A DNA stretch of 64,000 nucleotides, from the NCBI GenBank assembly GCA_037925075.1, contig JAXSNR010000002.1, forward strand, positions 352,001 to 416,000, written 5' to 3'. Below are positions 61,691-64,000 of the stretch, one piece after another. Position numbers and translations under genes: made by a program. The stretch is from Aquificaceae bacterium. GTDB taxonomy: Bacteria > Aquificota > Aquificia > Aquificales > Aquificaceae. Position 1 is the stretch's first letter, and every line of letters starts with the position of its first letter. The notes below the pieces were generated by a model. It saw only the letters and a list, made by a program, of their open reading frames with translations, was not told where the DNA came from and searched no databases.

Positions 61691-63031
61691 TTATGAAATT
61701 TCTTCTAAGGGTTTTCCCTTCGTTTCCATACCCTTTAGAGCCCAGACCAAAAAGGCAAAAAAGCCCACAAGCCAAAAAAGAGAAAGCCCAAGCATTGCAT
61801 ACACAAAACCAACTTGTGAAAGGCTTACAAGAAAGAGAGGAGCAAAGGCACCAGAAACTCTTCCTATTATGGAAAGGATTCCTATGGCGTATGCCCTTAT
61901 GTAGGATGGATATATCTCCGTGGCTATCACATAGGCAACGGACGCAAAGGAAAAGGCTATAAGAGAGTACACAAAAAAGGTTAGCCTTATTTCAAAGCCA
62001 AGAAGAAAAGACAGGCTAAGAAGGGCTGACGCAAAGCTGATAAGCAATCCAAGGGGAATTCTTCCCACCTTATCCACAAGGTATGCTACAAAGAGCCCAC
62101 CAAAGAGTCCACCAAGACTTCCAAGGGTAAGGATCTGGGGTATTTCTTTACTACTAAGAGAGTAGACCTCGGAGAGGATCACAGGTAAAAGGGTTATCAT
62201 GCCGTAGTAGGTGGTCAGAATGGTAAAGCTCATACTGGCACTGAAGAGAAAACGCCACTTGTACCTGCTTAGAATTATCCTTGAGGCGTCTATTATGTTT
62301 CCTTCAAAGACAGGCACCTCGCATCTGTCGTAGCTTTTTCTACCGCCAGCTTCCAATTCTATTTTTTGAACTATTCTTTCCGCTTCTTCGAGCTTTCCCC
62401 TTGATATAAGCCACCTTGGAGACTCGGGAACGTACAACCTAACAAAGACCACAAGAAGGGCAAGCACACCACCAAACAAGTAGGCAGTACGCCAAGCAAA
62501 ACTTTCATCCAACACCTTAAGCAGTCCAACCGCACTTAGAGAAGCCATAAGACTTCCAAGGTTCCACAGGGCTGTTATGGTGCCATCCACCTTGCCCCTA
62601 TGACGCGATGGAACAAACTCATCCATGGCGGACTGTATGGCGGCAAACTCACCCCCAAGACCAGCACCCGCAAGGATCCTGAAAAACAAGGCGGTCTCAA
62701 AGCTTTGGGCAAAGCCTGTTAAAAAGGTGCCACCCGCATAAAGTAGTAGAGTGATCAAAAAAAGCTTTTTTCTGCCGTACCTGTCCGCAAGGTATCCAAA
62801 GAGCAAAGACCCAAGAAGGGCACCAAGCAAAAAGCCGCTCACCATCATGGAGCTTTGTTGAGGCGTAAACTGAAGGCTCTTTGCCATAGGCTTGAGGACT
62901 GCGCTGGCTATAACCACTTCAAAGGCATCAAGAACCCAAGTAATACCAAGGGCAAAGACAAAACGCGTGTGAAAGCTCGTCCAAGGCAAGCTATCAAGCC
63001 TACAGGTTATATCCGTTTCTATAAACCTCAC
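61691..63031 (-). CDS. MFS transporter
   Basis: GYLADRYGRK motif A, GAGLGGE, PESPRWL. Confidence 0.92.
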   Translation of the reverse strand: MRFIETDITCRLDSLPWTSFHTRFVFALGITWVLDAFEVVIASAVLKPMAKSLQFTPQQSSMMVSGFLLGALLGSLLFGYLADRYGRKKLFLITLLLYAGGTFLTGFAQSFETALFFRILAGAGLGGEFAAIQSAMDEFVPSRHRGKVDGTITALWNLGSLMASLSAVGLLKVLDESFAWRTAYLFGGVLALLVVFVRLYVPESPRWLISRGKLEEAERIVQKIELEAGGRKSYDRCEVPVFEGNIIDASRIILSRYKWRFLFSASMSFTILTTYYGMITLLPVILSEVYSLSSKEIPQILTLGSLGGLFGGLFVAYLVDKVGRIPLGLLISFASALLSLSFLLGFEIRLTFFVYSLIAFSFASVAYVIATEIYPSYIRAYAIGILSIIGRVSGAFAPLFLVSLSQVGFVYAMLGLSLFWLVGFFAFLVWALKGMETKGKPLEEIS

Positions 63032-63053
63032 CGTGTTATAAAATATAACCGCA

Positions 63054-64000
63054 ATGCTTGCCTATTTTGTGATGGAGCTGGGATTAGAAGACAGTATGCC
63101 CTTGTACAGTGGAGGGTTGGGTACTCTTGCAGGCGATACGCTTTTTTCCTATGCGGACATGGATATTCCCGCGGTGTGTGTAACCTTGCTATACAAAAGG
63201 GGCTACAACCTTCAAAAGATAACTCCCCACGGCATGCAGTTGGATTTTGATGCTCTCTGGGATTACAAGAGGTATCTAAGAAAGCTTGATTTGGAAGTGG
63301 ATGTCTATTTTGGAGACAAAAGGCAAAAGGTTACGTGCTGGGAGTATTGGATAAGGTCAAAGGGCGATGTTAGGGTTCTCTTTTTGGATGCGGATATAGA
63401 GGGTAACGACCCGGAGATAAGAAAGTTAAACAGCAAGCTTTACTTTGATGATGGACTTTATAGGCTAAGGCAGGAGATACTCTTGGGGATTGGAGGCTAC
63501 AGAGTGCTCAAAGCCCTTGGCTACGCCATCCATGTCTACCATATGAACGAAAGCCACTCCGCCTTTCTTGTGTTGGAGCTTCTCAAGGAGTTGGGCAGTC
63601 TTGAAGAGGTAAGGAAAAGGTGCGTCTTTACGACCCATACACCGGTCCCGGCGGGGCATGACAGGTTTCCTTTGAGTATGGTAAAGGAAGAGCTAAAGGC
63701 ATATAACCATATGGCATGGGAGGAGGAGGCGGAGGATGGAAACATAAACCTGTCCCTTTTGGCTTCAAAGTATTCGGGAAAGGTGAATGCGGTATCGCAA
63801 AAGCATAAGTTTGTGACCGCAGGCATATTCCCAGAGCTTGCGGAAAGCCTTGAATACGTCACTAACGGCGTATACCACAAAAGATGGATACACGAGGAGA
63901 TGCAAGAGCTTTTCAACGAATACATGCCCGGATGGGATGAAAACCCCATTTTACTCCAAAGAGCCCATGAGATACCTTCTGAGCTTTTGCTCAAAAAACA
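63054..64000 (+). CDS. glgP: Alpha-glucan (glycogen/maltodextrin) phosphorylase, 3'-truncated by window
   Basis: MLAYFVMELG, YSGGLGTLAGD, RLRQEILLGIGG, HMNESH, FTTHTPVPAGHD; open to the window end and absent from the ORF track. Confidence 0.92.
   Translation, partial: MLAYFVMELGLEDSMPLYSGGLGTLAGDTLFSYADMDIPAVCVTLLYKRGYNLQKITPHGMQLDFDALWDYKRYLRKLDLEVDVYFGDKRQKVTCWEYWIRSKGDVRVLFLDADIEGNDPEIRKLNSKLYFDDGLYRLRQEILLGIGGYRVLKALGYAIHVYHMNESHSAFLVLELLKELGSLEEVRKRCVFTTHTPVPAGHDRFPLSMVKEELKAYNHMAWEEEAEDGNINLSLLASKYSGKVNAVSQKHKFVTAGIFPELAESLEYVTNGVYHKRWIHEEMQELFNEYMPGWDENPILLQRAHEIPSELLLKK

Overview
Densely coding chromosomal window from a thermophilic Aquificae-like bacterium. The assignment is inferred from gene content (LeuT-like transporter, HDLP/AcuC, RNase HIII, ba3-type oxidase with subunit IIa, TtuA/TtuB, short MetG) and AGG/ATA/CTT-rich codon usage. 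It holds about 65 CDSs and one tRNA-Leu(CAG). Content: a divergent EmrAB-TolC/RND efflux cluster with TetR, metF, ttuBA, ilvE, panD-tilS-ftsH-leuC, hemG-thiG-thiS, a ba3 oxidase operon, dapL, rnhC, polX, mqnE, metG, nfi, mnmG, a sigma54-driven glnB-glnA-amtB-porin cluster, arsB, speD, rsmD-coaD, an LbpA/GcvH-like gene, transporters and the start of glgP. Accessory or odd features: an AT-rich two-gene restriction-modification insertion, a doubly frameshifted voltage-gated K+ channel gene, a ~700-bp ORF-poor gap with a repeated motif, and several catalytically degenerate proteins (tandem HEPN, GGDEF-like, M28-like). The best regulatory candidates are a structured leader with an overlapping upstream ORF in front of speD, and a 34-bp palindrome fusing two divergent -10 boxes with a TetR-type operator. 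No CRISPR array, rRNA, transposase or integrase was seen. All calls come from reading the sequence; no searches were run.
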